Shown: piece after piece, positions 27,615 through 35,707 of the stretch
How positions within the stretch are numbered: position 1 is the stretch's first letter
Layout: every line of letters starts with the position of its first letter
Source of the DNA: a virus
Taxonomy: Duplodnaviria; Heunggongvirae; Uroviricota; Caudoviricetes
IMG/VR virus record: IMGVR_UViG_3300014039_000029
Coordinates: 1-64,000 of that record
Length of the DNA: 64,000 nucleotides
Reading direction: 5' to 3' (one strand)
Program-made: the position numbers and the translations under genes
Notes under the pieces: generated by a model
What the model saw: only the letters and a program-made list of their open reading frames with translations
Told to the model about the DNA's origin: nothing
Databases searched by the model: none

Positions 27615-28226
27615 TTATCCAAATGGCTTGAGGGTATGTATCATAGCCCCTGCCTTGGTTGCGTTGGCGCAGTCTATCATTTCCAGCTCAGCATCCTCTA
27701 GGTCCGTTGCCTTGTCTACCGTCAGTGGGTCTTTGCTGGTGAGGGTCAGCTTGAAGTATTCCAAGAGTGCGCCAGCTATGATGTAGTCGTGGATGGCTGA
27801 CGCCAAGCTGTCTAACCTTGTATCGTCCCAGTAGTCGGGCATCCTCAGCCATATTTCCTTCTCTTCCCATTCCTTCAAGGCGTTGTCTCTCACTCTACCC
27901 TCTGGTTTCATCACGTAAGCCGACAGAACGGACTCTGCTTTCTGTAGGTATTTGTCAAACCATCGGTAGAACATCGGTCTCTCTTGGTCGTTCTCGCTCG
28001 TTGGCACCATTTCCTCTTGGCTCGTCTGGTTGCCACGTCTGTTTCTTCCCACAAGACTTGTCGTTGCATCTATGTCATACCATAGTTGGTTGGCATAGAT
28101 GAAGATGTGCTTGTCGAAATATCGGTGCGCAGGTCTAGGTGGGCGAGGTAAGAATGGGTTGGACACCGGTTCCCATCCTCGCTCTCGGTCAAAGTGCATC
28201 GGGTGCAATGAGTTAAATTCCGTCAT
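27615..28226 (-). CDS. Hypothetical structural or morphogenesis protein
   Basis: 203-aa ORF within the late operon. Confidence 0.45.
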   Translation of the reverse strand: MTEFNSLHPMHFDRERGWEPVSNPFLPRPPRPAHRYFDKHIFIYANQLWYDIDATTSLVGRNRRGNQTSQEEMVPTSENDQERPMFYRWFDKYLQKAESVLSAYVMKPEGRVRDNALKEWEEKEIWLRMPDYWDDTRLDSLASAIHDYIIAGALLEYFKLTLTSKDPLTVDKATDLEDAELEMIDCANATKAGAMIHTLKPFG

Positions 28227-29016
28227 ATCCTTCCTCCTCTGTTACGATTACGTCACAATCAAAGTTCAGCTTGTCGCTGTGTCTGGACCACAGCTGCACC
28301 TTGCAAAACCCTGTGTTCTTGGGCACAAGGGTGAAAGCCCTGCGCTCCCTGCATCTGTGAATCTCCACGATGCTTGGGTTCTCGCTCCTTGCCTCTATGT
28401 CGTCGATGGCACCGCTGTTCAGCGAGTAGGATAGGGTAGCTTCCTCTCCCTTCTCCAGGGTTATCTCTCCCTCCACGCCTTCGCCGTTCACCTTGGCTGT
28501 CAACTCGGTTGGGTAGGGCACCGTTGGCAGTATCGGACCGCTCATCACGAAGCACTTTCTGATGGATTGCTCATCCACGCCGAGTGCCGCCTGATAAGGC
28601 TCAGCTTGTTTCAGGTTGGTGGTTTTAAGCCACCACTGGAATATCATGTAGTCCTCTACATATTTTGCCGAGAGTCTAGCCAGCGCATCGGTCAGCGTTC
28701 CGTTGTATCGTCTAGAGACAGATAGTGTAAACTCCACCACGCCGTCCGTCTTGTCGCCGTAGTAGATTACATTGTCGCCAACGGTCTGAGGCGTTGCCAC
28801 TAGATAGTCCACGAAGAAGGTCTTCAATATCTCCAGCGCAGTGTCAAAGTCTTTCGTGAGGGTACTTTCGTGTACCTCGTCATCCGTGGCTATCTCCTGC
28901 CCTGCAAGCTTTGCAGCCTTCGGGTCCGATGCCTCGTCTATCTTTCCTTTCAGATAGGTGGCTGTCTTCACGGCGTTCACTACAGCCTGTTTCACAATTT
29001 GGAATTTTATAATCAT
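28213..29016 (-). CDS. Virion protein with a C-terminal Ig-like (Big_2-like) domain
   Basis: C-terminal EATLSYSLNSGAIDDIEARSENPSIVEI...FTLVPKNTGFCKVQLWS. Confidence 0.45.
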   Translation of the reverse strand: MIIKFQIVKQAVVNAVKTATYLKGKIDEASDPKAAKLAGQEIATDDEVHESTLTKDFDTALEILKTFFVDYLVATPQTVGDNVIYYGDKTDGVVEFTLSVSRRYNGTLTDALARLSAKYVEDYMIFQWWLKTTNLKQAEPYQAALGVDEQSIRKCFVMSGPILPTVPYPTELTAKVNGEGVEGEITLEKGEEATLSYSLNSGAIDDIEARSENPSIVEIHRCRERRAFTLVPKNTGFCKVQLWSRHSDKLNFDCDVIVTEEEGYDGI

Positions 29017-29029
29017 ATTCTTTTCAGTT

Positions 29030-29545
29030 TTAAATTACACCCCTGAATGGCGTTCCGTCATCATTATACATCGTGCCTGTCATGTCCTTTAGGGTCTTGT
29101 CGCTTTTTGATGGTGCGTCTATGGAGTAAGCCAGCTTGATGGCACTCTCCAGATAGCTAGCCGTTTCATCGGCAAATTCCTTCGCTAGCTCTGGATAATT
29201 CTTCCCTAGCGTTACCTTCCCAATGTAGGCGATGGCATAGTTGGTAAAGATGTTTTCCACCGCTCCTACCTTGGCATCGTTTAGCCCATAAGTACTAAAG
29301 GTCAGCGTGCCTTCCGCACCCGATTCGTTGTAGCTCGTTATCTTGGGTGATAGCTCGCTGGCGAACGTCTCAGCCGCTCCATGGATGGCTTTGTCTAGGA
29401 TAGCCTCCTCGGTGCTCGATAGGGTAACACCTGCAAATATGGTGTTTCCCTGCTTGTCACCCTGTCGCTTTCCGACAAATGAAAGCTGTTCCTTTACCAT
29501 CTTTTTTAGGTCCGAAACATTGATGTTTATCGTTTTCTCGCTCAT
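29030..29545 (-). CDS. Hypothetical structural protein
   Basis: 171-aa ORF. Confidence 0.45.
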   Translation of the reverse strand: MSEKTININVSDLKKMVKEQLSFVGKRQGDKQGNTIFAGVTLSSTEEAILDKAIHGAAETFASELSPKITSYNESGAEGTLTFSTYGLNDAKVGAVENIFTNYAIAYIGKVTLGKNYPELAKEFADETASYLESAIKLAYSIDAPSKSDKTLKDMTGTMYNDDGTPFRGVI

Positions 29546-31551
29546 TATGCCACGTTGTTATAGTTAAAGAATTGGTTCACGGCGTTCTGGTCTGCGCCCT
29601 GCACCTGTCCGTTCTCATCAAGCTGCACGCCGCCCTGCTGTGCTGCCTGTTGCTGATACATAGCTTCCAGTTGCGCCTGCTGTTCCTGTACGCTTGCCAA
29701 AAGCTTGTCTGCGTATGGCTCGTTTACGTTCTGCAAGTACTGCACAAGGTTGATGGCTCCCATGCCGAGCAGTTCTTTCAACTCGTCGTTCTGTGCCGTG
29801 TTGTATGCAGCGGTCGCTGCGGCGTTCTTGATGCTTATCTTGAAGTGGATGTCTCTAGCCGAAAGTCGGTCGTAGTTATATACGTTCAATCCGCTCTTGT
29901 CAAATATTTTCCTACCGTCCTCATAGAACTGCTGTATAGTCATGCACTTCTTGGTAGCCAGTCGCTCGGTGAACACCTCCATGTCGCTCAGTATAGTGAA
30001 GAGCGAGGTGGTGGCGTTCTGACTCTCCTGCGCATATCTTGCCGCCGATGTACCTGCGCTTGGTGTCTTTCCCTGTAAGGCACCCGATACGTTAGTTACC
30101 TCCCTTATCAGGTTCAGCTCTATCTGCAGCAGTTCGTTGGTGCCGATGTTCACGGCGTTGCTGGTGATAATCTCTGGCTTCACGTTCGGCATCGTTCGCT
30201 TAGGCGAATAGAATATCCATCCGTCATATTCGATGGCTTCTTGCATGAATTGTTCTGGTGTCCTGTCGCCAAGCACGGTCCTTGGTATCATCTTGAAGCC
30301 CTTGAAGCTGCTTCTCAATGCCATGTCGTTCATCACGATTAGTCGGTTGATGTACCGCTGTTGGTCTATCACGTTCGCCATGAAGGGGTGAATCTCTCCG
30401 TTGATGTACGGATATAGTTTCATCGTGAAGGGATGGCTCTTATAGTCGTATGGCGTTTCCCCTTGGCAGAGCACCGTGCCGTCTGGTGCCATATAGGTGT
30501 AGTACCAGTACTTATCTGCTACCTCCCAACTCTTGATGTAGGCTCTCTCGTCCTCTGGCACGCCCATTTCCTCATATTGCTGTTCACGCTTGATGTTGTC
30601 GTTTCTCAGCTTGTTTATCATAGCCGTGTCTTCTAGGTCTATGCGGAAATATGCGTTGTTGCCACTTGACGCTATCGGGTCGAAGCATTGCAGCCTTGGC
30701 TTGGTCTCTGTGGTCCATACCTCAATCACCCTCACGTAGTGCTTTCCCTTGTTGCTGTAATCGAAGCTGAGGTTCTCCAACGATTTCTCCTCGTTAAACT
30801 CATAGCCACCTTCGCTCTCGTAAGAATCCTGTATGTCGAAGATACTATTCAGGTCGTTGATGGTAAGTCCATATTCCTCTCTGGCAAATTTCTGATACAA
30901 GTCTTCTCGGCTCACGTCATGCAGCACGCCTATCAAGCTGAGGTCGTTGTGTCTTGGGTCGCTGCCACACTCAAAAAACATGTGGTCGGGTTCCATCAGC
31001 TCCGTCCAAGCGTCTGGCATTTCCAGTTCCTTGTCTTCCCAGCTCTCCCTCACAAACATCTGTCCTCCTTGTAGGTAGTCCTTGATGGCGTGGTTCAGTA
31101 GGTCCTGCATTTCCGTGGTCTGCCAGTTACACTGCATCGTGGCACTCATCATGTCGCTCAACTGCCTTGATTCGTTGTCTCTCGCAAAACAAACTGGCTC
31201 CGTGCCCTGCTTGGCATAGAGACCTGCTATTGATTCCAAGATGCTCACCATGATGTTGTTGCTCATCGGGGTCATGTTGCGCTTCTCCATATAAGTGCGC
31301 TCTGTCATTTCCTCCCAACAGCCATCTTTGTACACTCTGATGATGTCGCTCCATTGGTCGCCTGTGCAGTATCTCATGGTTCTGGCTCTCGTCTCACGCA
31401 CGCCGCTCAGGTTGTTCCAAGCGTTCCTGCATCGGGTCAGCAGCTCCATGTCCGTTCCGTGCTCCTGTCTGCGTTTTCGTGCCTTCACCGAGTCGTATGT
31501 GTTGCGCCGTGGCATCACCTTGCTAAGTGTCAGTATTTTGGTCTTTGCCAT
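29545..31551 (-). CDS. Large structural protein, portal candidate
   Basis: 668 aa with a Q-rich C-terminus. First gene of the minus late operon, facing the scaffold and capsid genes. Confidence 0.35.
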   Translation of the reverse strand: MAKTKILTLSKVMPRRNTYDSVKARKRRQEHGTDMELLTRCRNAWNNLSGVRETRARTMRYCTGDQWSDIIRVYKDGCWEEMTERTYMEKRNMTPMSNNIMVSILESIAGLYAKQGTEPVCFARDNESRQLSDMMSATMQCNWQTTEMQDLLNHAIKDYLQGGQMFVRESWEDKELEMPDAWTELMEPDHMFFECGSDPRHNDLSLIGVLHDVSREDLYQKFAREEYGLTINDLNSIFDIQDSYESEGGYEFNEEKSLENLSFDYSNKGKHYVRVIEVWTTETKPRLQCFDPIASSGNNAYFRIDLEDTAMINKLRNDNIKREQQYEEMGVPEDERAYIKSWEVADKYWYYTYMAPDGTVLCQGETPYDYKSHPFTMKLYPYINGEIHPFMANVIDQQRYINRLIVMNDMALRSSFKGFKMIPRTVLGDRTPEQFMQEAIEYDGWIFYSPKRTMPNVKPEIITSNAVNIGTNELLQIELNLIREVTNVSGALQGKTPSAGTSAARYAQESQNATTSLFTILSDMEVFTERLATKKCMTIQQFYEDGRKIFDKSGLNVYNYDRLSARDIHFKISIKNAAATAAYNTAQNDELKELLGMGAINLVQYLQNVNEPYADKLLASVQEQQAQLEAMYQQQAAQQGGVQLDENGQVQGADQNAVNQFFNYNNVA

Positions 31552-31609
31552 TTTTTACACATTATTATAAATATAGGTGCAAAAATAGCCATATTGCCCT
31601 TTTTCTATT

Positions 31610-31657
31610 CCGTGTTTCCGAGCAAATATAATATGCCTCGGAAACACGGAAACACGA
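31610..31657. promoter_or_regulatory. 13-bp perfect inverted repeat plus three copies of GAAACACG in a divergent intergenic region
   Basis: CCGTGTTTCCGAG-N14-CTCGGAAACACGG, then GAAACACG again. The spacer contains ATATAATAT. Confidence 0.5.
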
Positions 31658-31709
31658 TTCCGATTTCTTTGCATCTTTGCCACAAAGTTTAATCGGTTAA
31701 AGAAAAATT

Positions 31710-32498
31710 ATGACAAAAGAAGAACTTGAAAAACAGAATGCAGAGGCAGCTCTAGAGGTTGCTGCTCCTGCTGAATCTGCCGAGTCTGCTCCGTCTGTTG
31801 ACGAGCGACCTAACCGCACGGCATTCTCCAAGCGCTTCTCCAAGCGACACAAAGACATCGACTTTGAGGATAAGGAGGCACGCTATGCGGCAATGAACGA
31901 TGATGCCGACGCTCTGGGCAAGTACGAGGAGAATGGTCAGGCTCTGAGCAAGATGCTCGATAACAACAAGTGGCTAGCTGCCATGGTTCTCGACTCCACC
32001 AAGAAGGGTATGCACCCATTCGAGTGGATGGCTTCACAGGGCATCGACATCAAGGCTGCTCTCGAAGACGAGGAACTGGGCAAGAAGGTTGCCGACCAGA
32101 TTACCGAGTATCAGGAGAAGGTTGCTGAGCAAGAGAAACATGGCGAACAGCTGATGAAGAACTTGCAGAAATCACGTGAGGCTCTCGACAAGTTAGGTCT
32201 CTCCGAGGATGAGGCTAACGACCTCTACGGAAAAGTATGGGGTGTTATCGCCGATGCAGAGGAAGGCAATATCTCCTCCGATACATGGAAGTTTTTCCAG
32301 CAAGCCTACAACTATGATTCCGACATCGCTTCTGCACGTGACGAGGCAGCCATGCAAGCCCGCAACGAGAAGATTCAGAACAAGGTTCGCTCCTCCGAGT
32401 CTGAGGGTATTCCACCAACACTCTCTAGTGCAGGTGGCGGCAACAAGCCAGCCAGCAAGAGAAAGCGAGAAAGTTTCTGGGACGACATTCGCAGTTAA
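31710..32498 (+). CDS. Scaffolding-like acidic coiled-coil protein
   Basis: Acidic, Ala/Glu-rich and helical. Lies immediately upstream of the capsid-like gene. Confidence 0.45.
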   Translation: MTKEELEKQNAEAALEVAAPAESAESAPSVDERPNRTAFSKRFSKRHKDIDFEDKEARYAAMNDDADALGKYEENGQALSKMLDNNKWLAAMVLDSTKKGMHPFEWMASQGIDIKAALEDEELGKKVADQITEYQEKVAEQEKHGEQLMKNLQKSREALDKLGLSEDEANDLYGKVWGVIADAEEGNISSDTWKFFQQAYNYDSDIASARDEAAMQARNEKIQNKVRSSESEGIPPTLSSAGGGNKPASKRKRESFWDDIRS

Positions 32499-32532
32499 TC
32501 AAATCCATAATACAAAATAAATATATACAAAA

Positions 32533-34230
32533 ATGAAGAAAGTAATTAATTATTTTTCTAACCATCAGTTCGTCTTCAAGATGATTCTGATGCTTCTTGC
32601 CATTGCTACAGGCGGTGGCGCAATGGCTATGGCAGACCTTACCGAAACTCAGATTGGCGACGAGGGCGTAGACCCTGCCAGCAAAGCTACGGTAGCCGAG
32701 AAAGAGCCAGTAGATAAAAATACAAGCGACCGACTTAGCCCTGGTGGCAAGAAGGACGGTCAAGACCTTACTGGTTCACAGGCATCTTCCACGCAGCTCC
32801 GAGAGGGTGGTTTGCTCGATAAGGAGTGGGATAGCGAGATTGTCAAGTTCTATCCTTTCAAGACTCCTTTGCTCTCCATCGTTCGCCGCATGGCTAAGAC
32901 CGTGCAGATTAAGAACTGGAATATTTCCCATCAGCGAGTCGGCGGTGAGACCCTTGACGGTCAGACCACTGCCAAGATTACTGAGGGTGATACCATCGAG
33001 ATTAATTCATCAAACTTCTCTGGTTCCATTCGACCTTTCTACAAAGGTACTACGGTGTTCGCTTCTGGTGTAGCTGGCTACGCCGAGGGCTCACAGGAAA
33101 AGCGTGAGGGTACCTTGATGCTCTACGTTATCGAGGCTAATGGTAAGAAGGCAGTCATGCAGGCAGTCAATGGAAAGCCAAAGACCGCAGGTGATTCTCG
33201 CATCAACCTCGACAATATGCAGTGCCCAGAGATTCCTATCGGCACAACGTTCCTTGCAGGTGCATCCGCAGCCTCAGAGTCTCAGCTTACCATCACCCCA
33301 GAGAACTTCCAGCCACGTGAGAAGGAGGTTTATGTTCAGAAGAAGCTTTTGAACATCGTCTTCACCGATGACTACGAGAAGGTTAAGAAGGAACAGCCTA
33401 TCACGGTTGCCGACCTCAAGACCGATGCCATCATCAAGTACAACCTCCGTGCAGAACGCACCTACCTCTTAGGCTGCAAGTCTCGCTTCAAGGCTGAGAC
33501 TGGTGACGGTCAGATTGAGGACGTGTTCACCTCGGAGGGTATCATCAATCAGCTTACCAATACTTATGGCATTGGCGATGAGTACACCTTGGGCGACATG
33601 ATCGCTATCTCCAAACTCCAGTTTACCGAGTTCTCAGAGAACGACCGCTGCTTTGCTTTCTGTGGCAAGAATGCCATCGAGCGTTTGGAGAATATCAAGT
33701 TAGAGGGCTCTCACCAGAACGACTTCATCAATCACAACGAGTTCGACCTTTCCTTCAAGCGATTCAAGGACACCTTCGGTTCCATTGATTTCGTTTGGAC
33801 CCAGACCCTCGACCTCATGGGTATGTCCGACTTCATGGTAATCTTCGACCCTAAGGCTTCACGTCGTTACGTCAAGATTGGCAAGAAGGAGCAGACCAAT
33901 GATATGTCCAAGGGTGGCGGCGAGGTTCGTGACGCTAAGCGTTGGATTCATCAGGAGGCTGATTCTGTTGCACTTCGTGGTTACAACTCCATCTTGGTTG
34001 GTCCTGCTAAGAAGATTGCGCAGATTGCCACAGAGTCGCTCGGTGCCATCATGTCTGCAAAGACGTTGCCTGAGACTCCATCCAAGGGCATGAAGGTTGC
34101 TCTCACACAGGATTACACCGTGAAGGGTTCTAATTCTCCTACGGATGATAAGACCTACGAGAAGGGTACCGTATACTATTACACTGGTTCCGCTTGGGTT
34201 ATCTACACAGGTCAGGACACCGCTCAGTAA
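32533..34230 (+). CDS. Major capsid protein candidate
   Basis: 565-aa ORF after the scaffold-like gene, followed by a strong hairpin. Fold not verifiable by eye. Confidence 0.4.
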   Translation: MKKVINYFSNHQFVFKMILMLLAIATGGGAMAMADLTETQIGDEGVDPASKATVAEKEPVDKNTSDRLSPGGKKDGQDLTGSQASSTQLREGGLLDKEWDSEIVKFYPFKTPLLSIVRRMAKTVQIKNWNISHQRVGGETLDGQTTAKITEGDTIEINSSNFSGSIRPFYKGTTVFASGVAGYAEGSQEKREGTLMLYVIEANGKKAVMQAVNGKPKTAGDSRINLDNMQCPEIPIGTTFLAGASAASESQLTITPENFQPREKEVYVQKKLLNIVFTDDYEKVKKEQPITVADLKTDAIIKYNLRAERTYLLGCKSRFKAETGDGQIEDVFTSEGIINQLTNTYGIGDEYTLGDMIAISKLQFTEFSENDRCFAFCGKNAIERLENIKLEGSHQNDFINHNEFDLSFKRFKDTFGSIDFVWTQTLDLMGMSDFMVIFDPKASRRYVKIGKKEQTNDMSKGGGEVRDAKRWIHQEADSVALRGYNSILVGPAKKIAQIATESLGAIMSAKTLPETPSKGMKVALTQDYTVKGSNSPTDDKTYEKGTVYYYTGSAWVIYTGQDTAQ

Positions 34231-34267
34231 TACGAAGGCTTCTTTTCATACAATATATAATCACACG

Positions 34268-34300
34268 GGGGGCAGGTGCAATAAGCCCTGTCCCCATTTT
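34268..34300 (+). terminator. Hairpin with U-tract after the capsid-like gene
   Basis: GGGGGCAGG...CCTGTCCCC stem followed by ATTTT. Confidence 0.45.
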
Positions 34301-34313
34301 ACAAAACAGAGAT

Positions 34314-34742
34314 ATGATCAAGACATACAACGCAAGAGTACAGAACAACAATATCAGTTACTTGCTAGAGGGTAAGCAGGGTAATCAGATGCGTTATAAT
34401 TTCACCAATGGTAACGTCATCACCAACAAATACCCTTCCATCACGCTTCGCAACCGTTATGCGCAGGAACTTTTGGAGTCCAGCTTGCTCTTCGCCAACA
34501 ACACGGTAGTATTGGAGCGCACGGAAGAGGAGTACCCCGGTGAGCTCGATGCTTTGAAGAAGGAAAATAATGAAACTCCTACTGAAAAGCAGCCAAAGAC
34601 CGAGGAGGTCAAGGACATTCGCACCACCGACGAGGTTATCGCCTACGTGAACGAGCGGTTTGACAAGGATTGCAAGACCCTCGCCACCGCAATGAAGCAC
34701 GCTTCAAAGGCTGGTCTAGTCTTCCCAGACTTCAACGAGTAA
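34314..34742 (+). CDS. Hypothetical virion protein
   Basis: ATG at 34314 in the frame of the 34194 ORF. Confidence 0.4.
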   Translation: MIKTYNARVQNNNISYLLEGKQGNQMRYNFTNGNVITNKYPSITLRNRYAQELLESSLLFANNTVVLERTEEEYPGELDALKKENNETPTEKQPKTEEVKDIRTTDEVIAYVNERFDKDCKTLATAMKHASKAGLVFPDFNE

Positions 34743-34764
34743 TATATATAAAAGGTGTAACGAA

Positions 34765-35421
34765 ATGACAGTATCGGAAATTATCAAGCAGGTACGTTGG
34801 TGCATAGACGAGGAATCCAACAACACATCGGACCTCACCGATGAGAGGGACGACCTCTATATGGACAACATCATCCGTGCCAAGATAAACGATGCCCTCC
34901 ACTGGCTCGCCATCACCGCAGCCTCCTCTTCCGTTTTGTCCGACTCCAAGCTGATAGGCACCACCACTTCCACCATCAAGGTGACCGATTACGATGCCAC
35001 ACGCAACATAGGAGTCATCACGATGGACGAGAATACCGAGGTAATCAATATCTCACGTGTCCGTGGCGATAGTTGGTATAAGGCAGTCGCTCCTATAGAG
35101 GACACCGACGATGAAGCCTTGATGATGTTCGATGACACGTCCATGGGAACGGTAGACCGCCCTCAAGCGGCTATCATGCGAGAGACACCAATCAGGATTC
35201 TCTTGCAGCCCAAGACCACAGAAGCTGTCATCTCCTACGTAGGTTTGCCCAAGAACGTCAACACAGATTCAGAGACAGAAATATCTGTACCCGACAAGTT
35301 AAAGAATGCTTTCGTCTACTACATTGCCTTCCTGCTCCTCTCTGCCTACGACGATACAAAGGCTAGCCAGATGTACACCATCGCCCTGCAACAGCTTGGC
35401 GTTAATCAATCCTCAAAGTAA
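34765..35421 (+). CDS. Hypothetical virion protein (head-tail joining candidate)
   Basis: 218-aa ORF. Confidence 0.4.
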   Translation: MTVSEIIKQVRWCIDEESNNTSDLTDERDDLYMDNIIRAKINDALHWLAITAASSSVLSDSKLIGTTTSTIKVTDYDATRNIGVITMDENTEVINISRVRGDSWYKAVAPIEDTDDEALMMFDDTSMGTVDRPQAAIMRETPIRILLQPKTTEAVISYVGLPKNVNTDSETEISVPDKLKNAFVYYIAFLLLSAYDDTKASQMYTIALQQLGVNQSSK

Positions 35422-35428
35422 AGACGAT

Positions 35429-35707
35429 ATGGAGAATATTCAAGCCACATACGATGCCAACGAGCTAGCTTGGGTTACGCCCATCCTCACCCTCCATAGA
35501 GACATCTTCCTAAAGATAGACCTCAAAGAGAAGGGCAAGGTGGTTATTCGCCAGTCCGACGATAAGGGCAATTTCCCTCGCATACCAATCCGCCGTCACA
35601 AGGACACTCAGTCCTTCGAGTTCCGTATCTCGGTCATCCCCGATACCGTCCAAATCCAAATATTCACTTCTACAGAACCAAAAGAAATTAAATATGCCTA
35701 CATTTAG
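35429..35707 (+). CDS. Hypothetical small virion protein
   Basis: ATG at 35429 in the frame of the 35306 ORF. Confidence 0.35.
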   Translation: MENIQATYDANELAWVTPILTLHRDIFLKIDLKEKGKVVIRQSDDKGNFPRIPIRRHKDTQSFEFRISVIPDTVQIQIFTSTEPKEIKYAYI

